Shown here: in pieces, positions 1 to 10,900 of the stretch
Layout: each line of letters begins with the position of its first letter
Position numbering within the stretch: position 1 is the stretch's first letter
From: Octopus vulgaris
Taxonomy: Eukaryota
Direction of reading: 5' to 3'
DNA length: 64,000 bases
Assembly (NCBI GenBank): GCA_951406725.2
Contig: OX597838.1
Coordinates: 10,168,001 to 10,232,000, forward strand
Translations under genes and position numbers: made by a program
The notes under the pieces: generated by a model
Database searches by the model: none
What the model saw: the letters and a program-made list of their open reading frames with translations, nothing else
What the model was told of the DNA's origin: nothing

Positions 1-1030
1 TGGGTAATAAACCAGGGATCATTCTCAAATAGTTTTCAGTTCCTTTTTTGATCATTCCAAGTGCTCCTACAATCACTGGTACTGTATGTAACTGCCTTGA
101 GATGCCACATTTTTATTAAATTACAATGAGCAAATCTTTATATGATCACAAGGAATGCTCACGTTGATCAATAAACAGATTTTATTGCTTTAGTCTTTCA
201 TAACAATATCTGGTTCATTAGCCTTGGTGGTTCTGTCTATATGCACTGGAAAGTCCCTGAGAATCATTACATTTTCTTCTTCAGTTACAGCCCCAGGGTG
301 GCGCTTATCCAATTTGTCAACAGCTTTGATTTTATAATGCCAACATATTAACCAGTGTAGATATTGACCAACTTTGTCATGTCTTGAGTTATACTCCATT
401 GGGGCTAAAACCTTACATCCAGAGATTAAGTGATTTACTGTTTCAATCTCCTTGTTGCAGAATTAGCACTTTGGGTCTACTTCATGTTTCATCAAACTGG
501 CTTACTCTTTTACTTGTTTCAGTCATTTGACTGTGGCCATGCTGGAGCACTGCCTTTAGTCGAGCAAATCGACCCCAGGACTTATTCTCTGTAAGCCTAG
601 TACTTATTCTATTGGTCTCTTTTATCGAACTGCTAAGTTACGGGGACGTAAACACACCAGCATCGGTTGTCAAGCAATGTTGGAGGGACAAACACAGACA
701 CACAAACAAATACACACACACACACACATATATATATACATATATATATAAATATACATGACGGGCTTCTTTCCGTTTCCGACTACCAAATCCACTCACA
801 AGGCTTTGGTCAGACCAAGGCTATAGTAGAAGACACTTGCCCAAGATGCCACCCAGTGGGACTGAACCCGGAACCATGTGGTTGGTAAGCAAGCAACTTA
901 CCACACAACAACTCCTATACCTGGTAATTCTGGGTCAATAAGCTTTGATCTTGAGCAGCTGAGATGAAAACTTCATTCCCTGCCTTTAGCCCTGAGCTCA
1001 ATAGCCAATGTTTGCCACACAGTTGTTATT
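1..1030 (-). mobile_element. Degenerate 3' part of a restriction-like-endonuclease LINE (R4/Dong-like), interrupted by a SINE at ~505-920
   Basis: Minus-strand motifs EVFISAAQDQSLLTQNY (post-RT), ETVNHLISGC (zinc knuckle), RHDKVGQYLHW and ILRDFPVHIDRTTKANEPDIV (RLE domain); contains stops and frameshifts. Confidence 0.75.
505..920 (-). mobile_element. tRNA-derived SINE, family A (tRNA-like head, internal TA/TG microsatellite, GAGTAAAA-type tail)
   Basis: Near-identical to other copies in the window at ~13881-14245(-), 23580-23882(-), 24648-25075(+), 25578-25962(+), 31607-31987(+), 31992-32378(-), 35923-36342(+), 50950-51642(-), 59378-59772(+) and 63134-63560(-). Confidence 0.85.
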
Positions 1031-1055
1031 ATGGACCACACAGTTGTTATTATTA

Positions 1056-1278
1056 AGTGGCAGCTCTGTCTGGTACCTGTGCGGGTGACACGTAAAAAGC
1101 ACCCACTACACTCAAGGAGTGGTTGGCGTTAGGAAGGGCATCCAGCCGTAGAAACACTGCCAGATTTGACTGGGCCTGATGAAGCCTTCTGGCTTCACAG
1201 ACCCCAGTAGAACCGTCCAACCCATGCTAGCATGGAAAACGGACGCTAAACGATGATGATGATGATGATGATGATGAT
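1056..1278 (+). mobile_element. Short RTE-LINE 3' end / RTE-mobilised element with (GAT)n tail
   Basis: Ends AACCGTCCAACCCATGCTAGCATGGAAAACGGACG...(GAT)n, like the 3' end of the RTE at 37.1-41.0 kb. Similar pieces at ~2826-3300(-), 15500-15835(+), 18337-18675(-), 21253-21375(-), 33930-34225(-), 44851-45110(+) and 54037-54390(-). Confidence 0.8.
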
Positions 1279-1324
1279 GGCAAACATATAGTCAATTAAC
1301 ACAGATTAACAATTATTACAATCA

Positions 1325-2194
1325 CAATATATAAAAACAATTGTTTTATTAATTAAACGGATTGCTTAAAACGGTAACAAAACACATTGAACATGAAAGA
1401 AAAACATTATGGACATTAGAACATTGAAAAATATTTCTAGAACTTAATAATGATCCATTGTCTGTGGAATGTAATAAATTGTTTGGCAACTTGCCCAGTA
1501 GAATTTTATATAAAGATTTTGTTCTGTTTTTTTTTTGTTTGTTTGTTTTTTTGCTTTTTTTAAACATGAAAGCTCTTACTCTCAGGCCTACAGTTATGTG
1601 CTTGTCCGTTCCCTTGCAGTAGAGCCATTTGAATGAATATTAAAAAATGCTAATTAAGACTTTTTTTTAAAAAATGCCATTATTGACAAATGTTTCGACG
1701 AAAAGGCAACACGCAACTGTTAATTTTAAAGAGTCAACAAGTGAAAAAGTTACGCAATGTTCAAACAGAAAAAATATCACAAAAGATAACGAGAAACAAG
1801 GAAACATTTAAATACAATGTACAATGGTCACTTGTAAAATGTTTTCTCAAACAACACATTAAAAAAATGGGGGGGGGGGGTTTAACAGAAATGTTTGTTT
1901 TTAACAGAAATATAAATAAACAATATTCAATTATCATTTTGTTGCTAACACCAAGATATGGGGAATGAAAATGGGGAGGAGGAAAAATAACTGACGATGC
2001 AATATGAAAAATGTTTTTTTTTTGTTTCAATGTAAACAAGAAAAACATATACAAAGAGAAACTTGTTTTAACGATGTTATAACGAATGAAAAATCATAAA
2101 TGAACAAGACTTCCATCTTTTTATTTAACAGCCATTTGAAAATATTTCCAGGCAGACTTTTTACGTCTCCGTCTTCCCCAGAAGTTCTTTTGTT
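1325..2194 (-). other. Predicted terminal (3'UTR) exon of the zinc-finger gene
   Basis: Strong acceptor GTTTCTCTTTTCTTGCAG|AAC (intron ends 2195); repeat-free U-rich sequence; AATAAA at 1350-1345 followed by GT-rich downstream sequence. Confidence 0.6.
1345..1350 (-). promoter_or_regulatory. Polyadenylation signal AATAAA
   Basis: TTTATT on the plus strand at the end of the U-rich tract, with a GT-rich element further downstream on the minus strand. Confidence 0.55.
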
Positions 2195-2258
2195 CTGCAA
2201 GAAAAGAGAAACACTGGATTACTGAAATGTTCTACCATAAGATACAGAATAAGCAAAT

Positions 2259-2778
2259 AAGTTAGTTAGTTAGTTAGTTAATTTTTTGGCTCAAAAGCAA
2301 AAAGCAAGGCCATGTAGGGAGACATGGAGTTATGTACAGGGAGGGTGTTCATGTAAAGAGTTCAGGCCACTTGAGGTCAAGGGAGACTTTGAACAAAGCG
2401 GTCGTCGGCATCTTCACCATCTCGTCTGGCAGCTTGTTCCACGGATCCGCAACCCGGACGGAGAAAGCTCCTCTCCTTCGATTGAGATGAAATCGTCGCA
2501 GGTAGGGCTTTTCGGAATGACCCCGCAGCCGACGCTCTGGAGCAGGAGTGAAGAACAGCTCTTTCGAGAGGTTACACTTTCCGCTTATGATGTTGCGAGT
2601 GAGAATGAGATCACCACGGCGGCGGCGTTTTTCTAGAGAATAAAGGTCGAGCGTCTTCAGCCTTTCTTCATAAGACAAATTCTTGAGACCATGAACCATG
2701 CGGGTAGCCAGCTTCTGAACTCTTTCGAGATGCTGTATGTTTTTGAGGAGATAAAGAGAAGAGGCTTGAATCCCGTAA
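2259..2778 (-). mobile_element. 5'-truncated CR1-clade LINE 3' end with (TAAC)n tail
   Basis: Open frame HLERVQKLATRMVHGLKNLSYEERLKTLDLYSLEKRRRRGDLI...FSVRVADPWNKLP is typical of the CR1 ORF2 C-terminus; tandem TAAC tail; CpG-rich, so probably young. Confidence 0.85.
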
Positions 2779-3887
2779 GGAATAGAAACAAGAACAAATG
2801 GCTTTGTGAGAATTAATGGGGGAGTCATCATCATCATCATTTAATATCTGTTTTCCATGCTGTCATAGGTTGGAAAGGAGCTTGAATGGAGCTGGCCAGC
2901 TAAGGAACTACCCAGGCTCCATGTCTGTTGTTGCAAGGTTTTTATAGCTGGATGCCCTTCTTAATGCCAACCACTTTACAGAGTGTGCTGGGTGCTTTTA
3001 TGCGGCACTAGCTTCGATGCATTTACATGGCACTGGTATAGGGGCTTTTTAAACAGCCCCAGCACCAACAAGCCAGCAAGATTAGGGACGTTCAGCTGGA
3101 GGGAGATGCAGAAGACATGCAAGGACCACCTCAGTTTTACTTGGCCTGAAGCGTCTTCTGAAGCACAGCAAACCACCAGGAGTCTCGATCCTACGTCATC
3201 TCCTCTGTGAGGCCCAACATCTGAAGATCCTTTTTCACCACTTTGTTGCATGTCTTCCCAGGTCTAACCCTTCCACATGTTCCCTCCACAATAGAGATCA
3301 GCAGTTTAAGTGTTAGTAAGTTGGAAAAAAAAACCCAAAAAACAAGACCCTAGTATTGCCAGGGAAATGGCTTCACCTGATATGCATAAAAAGGAGTGGG
3401 TAGGAACTACATATGATGTGCCTAGTGTAAACAAACCTTTCCGTTATAGGGACAAGGCTTGAAATTTTGGGAGAGGGGTACAGTCGATTACATGTGCACA
3501 AGTGGCACTTATTTCACTGACCCCCAAAGGATGAAGGACCAAGTTGATGCTGGCAGAATTTAGAGATGAATGAAATGCCGCTAAGCGTTTTGTACAGTGT
3601 GCCAACAATTCTGCCAACTCACTGCCTTAGCCTAGAGTAAACAATAGAAGCAGGGAAAGTGTACTGGGATCAGAGGCAGGCTAACACAAAAACAGGCTTT
3701 GTATGTGGCAGATGTACTGAAGCAGTTCACAGAAATATGTTCTATCAAATGGTTGGCTGGCTTACTAGAAGTTGTTGATAGCTTCTGTTGCCTAGGTGAC
3801 ATAATTAGTTGGGGAGATGATTGTTCTGAAAGAATAATGGCCAGGGGCTGAATAAGCTGCAAAAAAGTTTAACCCTTTAGCATTTAA

Positions 3888-4108
3888 CCCTTTCTTTACT
3901 GTATTTATTTTCAGATGCTCTGTGTTTCTTCAAATTATTTTAAATATAACAAAGAATTTAGTAAAATAACATCGTTATCCTTCAGCTAGTGTTAGGAACA
4001 TAAATTGTGATTAAGGTTTGGTGGAAGATTTTAATTCAAAACTTATGAAAACAAGACATTTATACTAAAGAGCCAGAGCTGGTTTCAGCCGGGTTGGTAA
4101 CGAAAGGG
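3888..4108. mobile_element. piggyBac-type MITE (copy 1)
   Basis: TIRs CCCTTTC(T/G)TTAC...GTAACGAAAGGG flanked by TTAA/TCAA; inverted homologue at 12100-12320. Confidence 0.75.
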
Positions 4109-4416
4109 TCAAACCAACCACATCCAGCCCAAATATTGTCTCAAATAAGCACCTGTCCAACTTGTGCTGGCATAGAAAATCATCATTGTTTAACATCCAA
4201 TTTCCCTCGGCATGGGTTGGCCGGTTTGACAGTATCTGAAGAGCTTTGGGGACTATACCAAGCCCCAATGTCTGCTCTGGTATGGTTTCTACAGCTGAAT
4301 GTCCTTCCTAAAGCCAACCTCTACACAGAGTATACTGGGTGCTTTTTACATGGCACCGAGACTAGTGAGGTAATTAGTAATTTGCAAGACAAGATCCCAC
4401 ACAACTGAAGTATCCT

Positions 4417-4532
4417 CAGCTTTATGTTCTTTCTGTCCATGCTCCTGGAGAACCCAAGTGACAAAATTACAATGCTGACAGTTCAAATACTTCAGACATT
4501 CACAGAAAAGACAAATAAACTTTCTGCTCTCA
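4417..4532 (-). pseudogene. Partial, internally deleted duplicate of the last zinc fingers of the ZNF ORF
   Basis: Encodes ESRKFICLFCE-CLKYLNCQHCNFVTW-VLQEHGQKEHKAE versus ESGKFICPFCE...GLKYLNCQHCNFVTWFSSCLQKHEQEEHKAE at ~5420-5600; the nucleotide match is obvious. Confidence 0.85.
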
Positions 4533-4955
4533 TGTTTTTGAGGGAGGTGGTTTTTTGGCCAGTGATGAGAGGTTAAAGTGGCTAAGGGACAGAAATAGGT
4601 GTCTTGCAGTAGAGGAGATATATAGCTACCCCAGTTGGAAAAGAAGGGAAGATAGCAAAGAGATGTCAGCACATACCCTTAAGTTACAGGAAGGTGAATA
4701 TAAGAGAAACTGGTTCAGAGGATTGGACGGAATGAATGGAACAAAAAGACAAACAAAACAAGGAACGTTAAAACAAATGAAGGGAAACAATTTACGAATA
4801 GAGCAACTTAGCTGGGGTACGCATAAAAAAGATTTTTTAGAAAAACAAAGATGTGAGCATTAAAACTGCTTACCTTTTCAATGGCCTGAAGGAGTCTCTT
4901 CATATATTCCAAGACAGTGAAATATAAATATACAGATAAATAAATAATTCAAATT

Positions 4956-7900
4956 CTAGCTTGTTTGGTCGTTGGTAAGGGTAGATTCTGACTGAGTCTG
5001 TTGAAGGAGAGAGAGAATTGTGCTCGTCACATCTGCACGACTTTTAACCAGATTGTTAGCATCTTTAGTATTGTTCTTAGACTCGGTGCCTGTTTTCGGT
5101 AACCGAGGTACAGACTTCTTTTGCGGGCTTTTGTTTTTCTTCCACACTTTTCTTTTATGTTGAACCGAAGACTTTTTACTGAGCTTTTTCGTAGCCTCTT
5201 CTGGCTCCTTTCCTTTCCGTTTGCTTCCAGCCGTAGTCGCATCTCCTGCAGACAGTGTCATAACCACAGTCGGGAGATGAGTCTGTTCGGGAGCATTTTC
5301 CTCCAAGAATCCATTTACACTTGGTGAAACTGGTTGAGGGCCATAGTTAGGTCTGGTAGAATCTGTCCCATGAGATTTCTGAACAGCCAATCCCGCGTCC
5401 TCTGGGGTGGCATGCCCTTCCGCTTTATGTTCTTCTTGTTCATGTTTCTGGAGACAAGAAGAAAACCAAGTGACAAAGTTACAATGCTGACAATTCAAAT
5501 ACTTCAGCCCTACATGAACACGCCAAATATGAATTTTGCAATCAACCCTCTGCTTGCAAGAATGCTCACAGAAAGGACAAATAAACTTCCCACTCTCATC
5601 TCGAATAATAGACTCCTCGATTAGTGTCACTTCTTTTTCTGTGATAGAGTTTTTCAGTTCTTGATTATGACTTAAAACCATGTGTATGATTAATTCCATT
5701 TTCTTCTTATAGGAAAATGAGCATAATTTACAAGTCTTTTTAGAAGGGACTTTTACTGATTTTTTCTTTTTTTTACTTTTTACAGGGCTAATCTCCTTTC
5801 CATCTGAACTTGGAGCTTTCTTATTACCAGCCGTCACTTCACCAGACTCGTCTTCTGTGGACTTCCTTCTCTCTGAATCTGATAAAGGCTTTGTCGTATT
5901 TACAAATGGCTTGCCATTATCACCCATTGTAATTAATGGTAAGGGAAGAGGTTTAATGTTATGGTCTTTGAATTTATGCTTACGCCAGCAGTGAGAGCGT
6001 ATCTTAGAAAGAGAGTAAAAACGGACGCCACAGTCCATACAGTTCCAAAGAGGCCAATGGAAGTGGTCACTGAGTAAATGCAAATGAATCTTATATACAG
6101 TGCTGAAAATCGAACAACACAACAAACACTTATATTTCCCCTGTTCGGTGGTAAAACATATTTTCAGTCGGCTGTTCAACATTGGTCCTCCAAGGCTTAT
6201 TTCATTAAACCAAGTTTCCTTGATGTTTGGTGATGATGGCTCACTAGAAGCCTCCTCCTCTGTTAATTTCTCGTTATCCAGGCTGCGTGCATTCTCATCA
6301 ATATTCGGAGCAGCGGCCCCTTGGCATTCTGCTGAAGAAATGGCAGAACTGCTATTTACTTGGCAGTTGTTCCCAATTTCATTGAATAATTGGAACACGT
6401 TTCGCTCTTTGTAAGGAGGAGTTGTTACTTTGGGAGAAGCTGAGGCGCTTGTGTCCTTGTTATCAGATTTCGAAATCACAGAATTGTCAACTCTTTTAAG
6501 AACAATTTTCAGTTTGCGGACTGGAGGTTTCCCTGTAGCTTTTGTTTTATCTTTTCCAGTCTTGCGTTTAACATATTTCCTTTTCTTTGCTGGACCAGCT
6601 GTCGAGTTTGCTAATAATCTCTCTTTTCTTTGAATAGCTTTCCTCTGCTTTAAACTTATATTATCATCCAGGTAGCTCTGTAATGCAGCAGTTAATTCCT
6701 TTGCAGATTCTTTACCCATTACATTACTTTCATCAGTTTTACCTTCTTTACTGAATGAGTGACTAGTATCAAATATTTTTTCGTGTGTGGAATCGTCTGT
6801 AAATTCTGCAGTTTTTGTGGCTTTTGAAGAATCTGAATTGCTCTCAGATCTGACCAGTTTTTCATTGGCTTTATGTGCAGTTTTCTTTTCCGTATCTTTT
6901 GCATTTAATTTTTTCTCAGCACAGATTATTTGACTGGAGACAATGATCTGCCGTGGCTTCTCAGAGTGCTTCAATTTTATGTGGTTGAGTATACGGATTC
7001 GGCTGGTGTCTCTGGCATTGCAATGTGGGCAGTGGATGAATTTGAGCAGATTGGATTCAAAGTGTTTAATGAGACTGTTAACATCGGGATGACCCACTTT
7101 ACAATATCTACATGAATACGTAGATTTCGATTGATGACAAAACTGGAGATGGTTCGAGAATTCAGCGCGAAGATTTGTTCCAAACTTGCAACTGAGAATA
7201 CTGCACTGGTATAATAGAAACATCTTATTAGTTGCATGCAAATCCATGTGCTGCAATAATTTCTCACTGGTTTCTGCTTGAATGCTGCAATGAGCACAGG
7301 GGTATATGGTAGCATCGGAGTGGACTTGTGTAAAATGTTTTGAAAAGGGTTCGGGTGTCAAGCTGGAAAACTTGCAATCTTTTAAACCACAAACATAAAA
7401 GCCACCAACAGAAGAATGTTCATCAACAGATTTTGCCTCACAGCCTAAAGATTGATCATCTGTAATTGCTCTCCTGCTTTCTGAGCCATTAGTAGAAGTA
7501 GGGGGTACAGTGTCACTTACACCATTAGGGGAAACCAGATTGTAAGGGTCTTCTGTTGGAGCAGCAGTGGGAGTTTGAACACTGTTTTGTTCTGTGGCAT
7601 TTGGTGAAGTTCTAATACTCTCTGTTATAGAAATGGTTGAGGGAGCAGGAATGGATGAAGTGTTAATTGCTAATGTATAAGGGGGTGAATTATGGACACC
7701 ATCTGCTGAATAAGGGCCAGAGTCTATGTGAGGAGTGGAAGGAGTATGGATAGTGTCATTTGCTGATGTAGCAGCAGCAGTACAAGTACTGACTTGTGTA
7801 AGGTTTGTGGCAGATGAGCAAACACTATTCTCTTCTAAGACAGCGGGAAATGTCTTGGAACCGTTTCCTTCTTCAGTCACAGGTGAGCAAACACTGTCTT

Positions 7901-10900
7901 CTGTCAGTGTAGTAGTTGAAATACTGGTACTGCTTCCATATCCATTTTCTTTATTTGCTGTCACGGTAGCACCTGTACTAGAAGTAGTGTTATTAGTAGC
8001 AGCAGTGAGAGGAGGTGTCGTCTCTTGTTGACTTGATGCAGTATCTGCAGATGTAGAACTGTCAAAAGATACGGAGGAAGCAGATTGCCGAAGCAACATT
8101 TCGTTGTCATCAATATCATCAATAACTATTACAGTATCAGAGTCAGAATTATCAGCAGTGAAATCTATGTGACTTTCTAAATTTACTTTGGGTTTTGCTG
8201 GTTTCAGGTAGTAGGTCTGTACTTTGAATGTAGTTTTTCCAGAAGACTCTTTCTTCCAATGAATTTCAACAGTTTTCGTCATCTTGTCGCTGTCGGGCAG
8301 GCAAAGCATGATGTTTCTCAAGATTGGACAATCAAACGTCTGCTCGTCTCCATGTGAGCAGAGCTTCTTCAACACATGGAAATGCCACATAATGTGAGAC
8401 TTGAAATGAGTTAGCGCTATGAAACGTTTACTACAGTCTAAACATATGTACTGATCAGATTTACAAATGAATGACATTTTTTCAAAGCCTTCAAATGAAC
8501 TTTTCTTGTCGTTTGGGTCTGTTTCTGAATTTGATTGACTCGGAACATTATCAACTTCGGTTAAGTTATCTGGAGCAGATTTCTTTTGAGAAAGAGGGGT
8601 ATGAGAAAGAGATTGGTGTTTTTCTTTGTCTAACACAGCATTTGAACTGAAGCCTTGCACATCACTCAAAGCAGGTTTTTCACCACTTGAAATTTCTTCT
8701 GTGTTTCTGGTCTTTTTTAAACAAGTAAGTGAAACAGCTTCGGGAGAAGTGGTTTTAAGTCGGATCAGGTTTCTGCTGCCTTTATCATAATCCACACAAA
8801 TGCCACTGTCCTTTGAAGCTGGGCTAAGACGACCACTAAGATTTAGCTGGACTTCAGTTTTATCTTTGTTATAACGATTCATAAAATGTACGGAAAAGTG
8901 TGTCTTCCCAGTAGGAAGTACTTCCCAGCTTATGAAGAAAGGAATCTGAACGTTAAAACTACTGTCCAAAACTGGAATGCATGGTAAAACATTATTTAAA
9001 ACTGGACAAGACCGCTTGGTTAAACAATTAGGGTATGTACAAAGATGATCATGCGAATGGAAATGCCAGAGTAGATGAGAAATCAGCAAGTCATGGGAAT
9101 ACAGTTCTTCTTTACAATTCAAACATTCATAAACGTTTTGACATAAGATAATGGTGATAACACCTTTAGACTTCCTTCCTGTGTTGGGAACAGATTTATC
9201 CGAGTGAGTTATCAAGGAACTTAAATCGGATGAATTAAAAACGGGCAAACGCTCTTGAGAAGAAACCAAAGGAGGGATGGTATCTTTGATGCTGAGTTTT
9301 CTCACTGAGTATCCAGAGTGACCATCACTTGGGATTATTTGGCAAACATCAGCTGGCTCAGCAGTATTTCCTTCCATAGTTACATATACTGTGAAAGTGA
9401 GGTTGTGTTTCTCATCTCTTTTCCAGCACAATTTCAGCTGCTTCTTCAGAGCATTATCCTCCGAGAGACACAGTACAATGTAAGCCATCAAACAGCAAGT
9501 TCTCCCTGGCCTTTTTTCGGTCGGACTATCCAAATAGTCACACTGATCCATGCATGAAGAGCAAAGCGCTAATTGACATTCTAAATGCCATAAAACATGA
9601 GCATAAAATGATTTAGTTGATTCATAACTACTGTTGCAATCCTGACAAAAATATATACCATGGGTTCCACTGAATACCAACTGATTTTGTTCTACGTTGG
9701 GGAATGTGTGATAGGAGTTTTGTGAATAGTTTTTGGGCAAAGAGGCTTCAGTGTTTCCATATACCGATATGCTTTTAGAGTCAGAAGAGAGATTTGTCTT
9801 GTGGGCACTACTGATAGATAAATTAAGTGGAGCATCATCTGAAATGGTGAAAACCTGATCAGTTGTCTCCATTGGTTTATTTGTTTTGCCACTGTCGTAT
9901 AGCCCAGCTACGTTGCCAACACCATGTTCCAATACAGAAGAGGAAATGACTTGCTTTGACTTCAGTTTTTCCCAGCTATAATAATCGGAATTATTAAGTT
10001 GCTGTGACACTGTATTCTTATGAGGACCGTTTCCAGAAGCATGCGATATTTTCTCAAAACCAAACACAGAGTTCGTCTCTAAAGATATAGAAGAATCTGA
10101 AGCAGAAGAGATTAGTAGCCGAACTATTTTAGAAACAGTTGGACATTTTGATTTCTCAGTCAGAGAGTTGCAGTAGGGACAAAGATAATCTTTTGATGTG
10201 TTTCCATGGAGATGCCACCAAAGGTGTTTACGGAAAAGAGAAGCGCCACAAAATTTTTTCATACACTTTAAGCAGATAAAACTATTTTTCACATAAATGA
10301 AAGATACTTTGCGCTGTATTTTCTGCAAAGAAATATCATCTCCGATATATGTGGTGGAATCAGGTGACATGTTTGGTTGAACCGAAGTGTCGTGCGACTT
10401 GCGTACAAATCTATCTTTACATCCTTTGACGTTGTTTTCTTTCTTTGCCAATTCAGGAATTGAAATGCCTGATTTTTTAGCCGTGCCATCAGTTGTCTCT
10501 TTGTCTTTACTTGCTTCCGTTGGTAGCTCGGTAGTTTTGGCTAACTTTGATTCCACGTTACACACATCGTCGGAGTCTGCATGCTTCCCAGTCTGTTTTT
10601 CCTCTGTTTCCATTCTGCTTTCATCAATGTATAGTTTTGGTTTCAATCTGATGTCTCTGTCACCATCATCAGCATCGTCATCGTCATCATCATCGTCATC
10701 GTCGTCATCATCATCGTTGTTCTTGTTGTTGTTGTTATTGTTCTTGTTCTTGTCATTATCCTTCTCGTTATCAGTTTTAGTATTTTCAACCTGAGTCTTA
10801 TGAGCATTTATAATATGCGAATATCTTCTCTTCTTGATTGCATTCGTAGAATTGTATATGCTGTGAACTTGCTTCTTTTTTCCAACAGTCACACAACTTG

